Shown here in pieces: positions 61,673-64,000 of a stretch of DNA of 64,000 nucleotides (positions are counted from its first letter, which is position 1; every line of letters begins with the position of its first letter). The position numbers and the translations under genes are program-made. The stretch comes from Mobula hypostoma (Eukaryota). The notes under the pieces were generated by a model. It saw nothing but the letters and a program-made list of their open reading frames with translations. It was not told the DNA's origin and searched no databases. Where the stretch lies: contig NC_086108.1 of assembly GCF_963921235.1 (NCBI RefSeq), positions 59,708,001 through 59,772,000 on the forward strand, in the 5' to 3' direction.

Positions 61673-64000
61673 CACTAGGATATTAGTCCCCCTCCAGTTC
61701 AGATGCAAACCGCCCCTTCTGTACAGATCCCACCTTCCCAGGAAGAGAGCCCAATGTTCCAAAAGTCTAAAGCCTCCCTCCTGCATGAACTCAACCACAT
61801 GCAAAATAGTATGATCTTCCTACTTCTGGCCTCACTAGCACATAGCACGGGTAGCAATCCTGAGATCACAACCCTGGAGATCCTGTACTGTAACATAGTA
61901 CCTAACTGCCTGAATTCACTTTGCAGGACCTCGTCGCCCATCCTACCCATTTCAGTGGTACCAATGTGGACCACAACCTTAGGCTGCTCACCCTCTCGTT
62001 TAATAATGTTGTGGATTTGATCTGAAATGTCCCTGACCCTGGCACCCAGGAGACAACAAACCATCTGGGATCTCATTCTCATTCACAGAACTTTCTTTAT
62101 GTTTTCCTAACCAATGAACACCTTATCACTACAGCTCACCTCTTTACCCCAACTTCCCTTCTGAGCCACAGAGACAGACAATGCCAGAGACCTAAGTGCA
62201 GTGGCTTTCCTCCACTTTCCTTTGTGCTCACCACAATCCAACAGTATCCAAAGCACTCTAAATATGTACTAAGAAAGAAATAAAGAATAAATAATGGAAA
62301 AAATCTACCTACATCCTACGCCTCTTCTCAAGGAAGCTTCGATGAACCAAAATCTTAAATCTCCACTCTAACACTGGCCCACTCACACAATGGCCACTCT
62401 ACCTAATCCTAACTTCTTTTTATTGGTCCTTGCCAGGTGCCTAATTATGCGCAATCTAATGTCTCTTTGGGAACTGTTGCCTGAAAAAAGTGGCAACTGT
62501 CTCTCCTCACCTATTTCAAGCTCTCTCTCCCTCGATACAATTCAGTGTTTCCTCAGGACTGTAGTGCACAAAAAGTGCCAACTGCCCTGCTCGATTTTTT
62601 TTAAACTCTCTCTACCCACTGCTCAATCCAGTGTCTCTCGGGACTGTGGCATGCAAAAAGTGCTGACTCTCCTGTTCGCATCTTTTAAACTCTCTCTACC
62701 TCTGTGCAATTTGGTGTCTCCTTGCGACTGTGGTGTGCAAGAAGTCCAGAAAAGTGGGCTTCTGCGCAAAAGCACAAAAATAACCCAATCAACTTACATC
62801 ATAAAGAAGTTATTAGCCACTTCATATTACAAAATCAATCTAAGTAGCAATCTTCCATTGGTTAATCATGATAACATAGAGAAATAGAAGCTGCTCTAAA
62901 CTAGAGTTTAGTTTAGCAACAACTAAAAATGCTGTTTAGTGTTCACTAAACTCTAAATCTCTGCAAAATTGCAGACTGAAGCAATTATAGTTAACTTACA
63001 TTGGCTTCTGGATTTGATGATTACAATTAGCTCTGATGCATCCAGTTCAACCTATCATATTAACAGTTCAACCATAAATTGAGAATTGCCTGGAATTACC
63101 CACAGGTAATATGCAAGTTGGGATCAGGAGAATATGTAATGTCTACATGGCCATTATCCAATGCTGTGACAGATAATGATTTAAAACCAGTGCCAGAAAG
63201 CAAGGGTGAATTGTTTCTCTGGAAGTCATAAGTGCAACTCCTAGTCTCTTTGCATTAGGGTGGACAGAATAACAATTATCACAATTTGTATCTGTAATTC
63301 TCCCAGCTTTTCAGTGACTTTTGCAGAAAAATCTATGTATAGACATTGCTTTTGACTAGACATGTTTTTGATGGGTCTTTGAAATCTCATAGGTAATCAA
63401 TATTCAATAGACATGCAAGTGAAAAAGTTGAGTGAAGTCACATAGGGAATATAGCTTCTGTGAAAATGTATGCTGGCAAAGGCCAATGGCTTTGACAACA
63501 AAAGTAATTTATTTTATTAATAGAGAATACATCACAATGAGCCACATTTTCATTCATGTCCTGTAATTGTGCAGTGGTCATACTTAAACTTGAATACATC
63601 AAAACTATCTGCCTTCCTTGAGCACTGCCAGGGATGGGTTGCAAACCTCAAGACATATTTTGTTACTTCATTTCTCAACATTACTGCTTCAGATTATGCT
63701 GCAGAATTTGTCTTGCACATTATTTTTAACATTGCACATTTTAACTTTTCATAAGCTTATTGGGAGTACACATAGATTTCCATTTGGTAAATGTGCTAAT
63801 GGGATTTAAAATGTACTAAATTAGAGCTGTGCTCTGTTTCAAATGTAGATCAGAGCAGAAACATTTGAAAAGAATAATGAAACGTTCTCAGAAACAAATT
63901 GATGATAATGAGATCATTAGTGTTATCTCAATATGGGCAGATTTTCAAAAGCAGAGATGAATTATGCAGAGGATGTAATAAAGTAGGTTTTTGGCCATGT

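Larger units (their letters stand above)
59060..62750 (-). mobile_element. Long decayed CR1 (RT, endonuclease, ORF1 esterase, repetitive 5' region)
   Basis: ORFs 59650-59985 (LTSVVGKLLEGILRD...DFSKTFDKV), 60204-60769 and 61529-62082 (VCCL.GARVRD...VVVHIGT...GLHLNWRGTN). Confidence 0.88.

Noticed and set aside
63567..63645. Serine-protease-like snippet EYIKTICLP*ALPGMGC
   Set aside because: Very short, has an in-frame stop, and no catalytic His/Asp/Ser motifs are nearby.

Overview
Vertebrate nuclear DNA, almost certainly from a cartilaginous fish and probably a ray. This is inferred from HE1/V-SINEs, CR1 LINEs with (TTTCTATG)n tails and SGNH-esterase ORF1, Rex1/Babar LINEs and Penelope-like elements. 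Most of the window is nested, mostly decayed transposable elements. These include three LTR-bounded Ty3/Gypsy elements (one with PNMA-like Gag, one K02A2.6-like, one CsRn1-clade), solo LTRs, many CR1 and Rex1/Babar copies (two young near-identical CR1 copies retain long RT ORFs), an old RTE, Tc1, Tigger-like and hAT DNA elements, SINEs and two minisatellites. At least seven Penelope-like pseudo-LTR fragments carry recognisable minimal hammerhead ribozyme motifs. No host gene could be identified by name; a few weak candidate exons lie in the AT-rich unique stretches. No prokaryotic genes, rRNA, true tRNA or CRISPR array were found, and I found no clearly new system. All calls are by eye and many boundaries are approximate.
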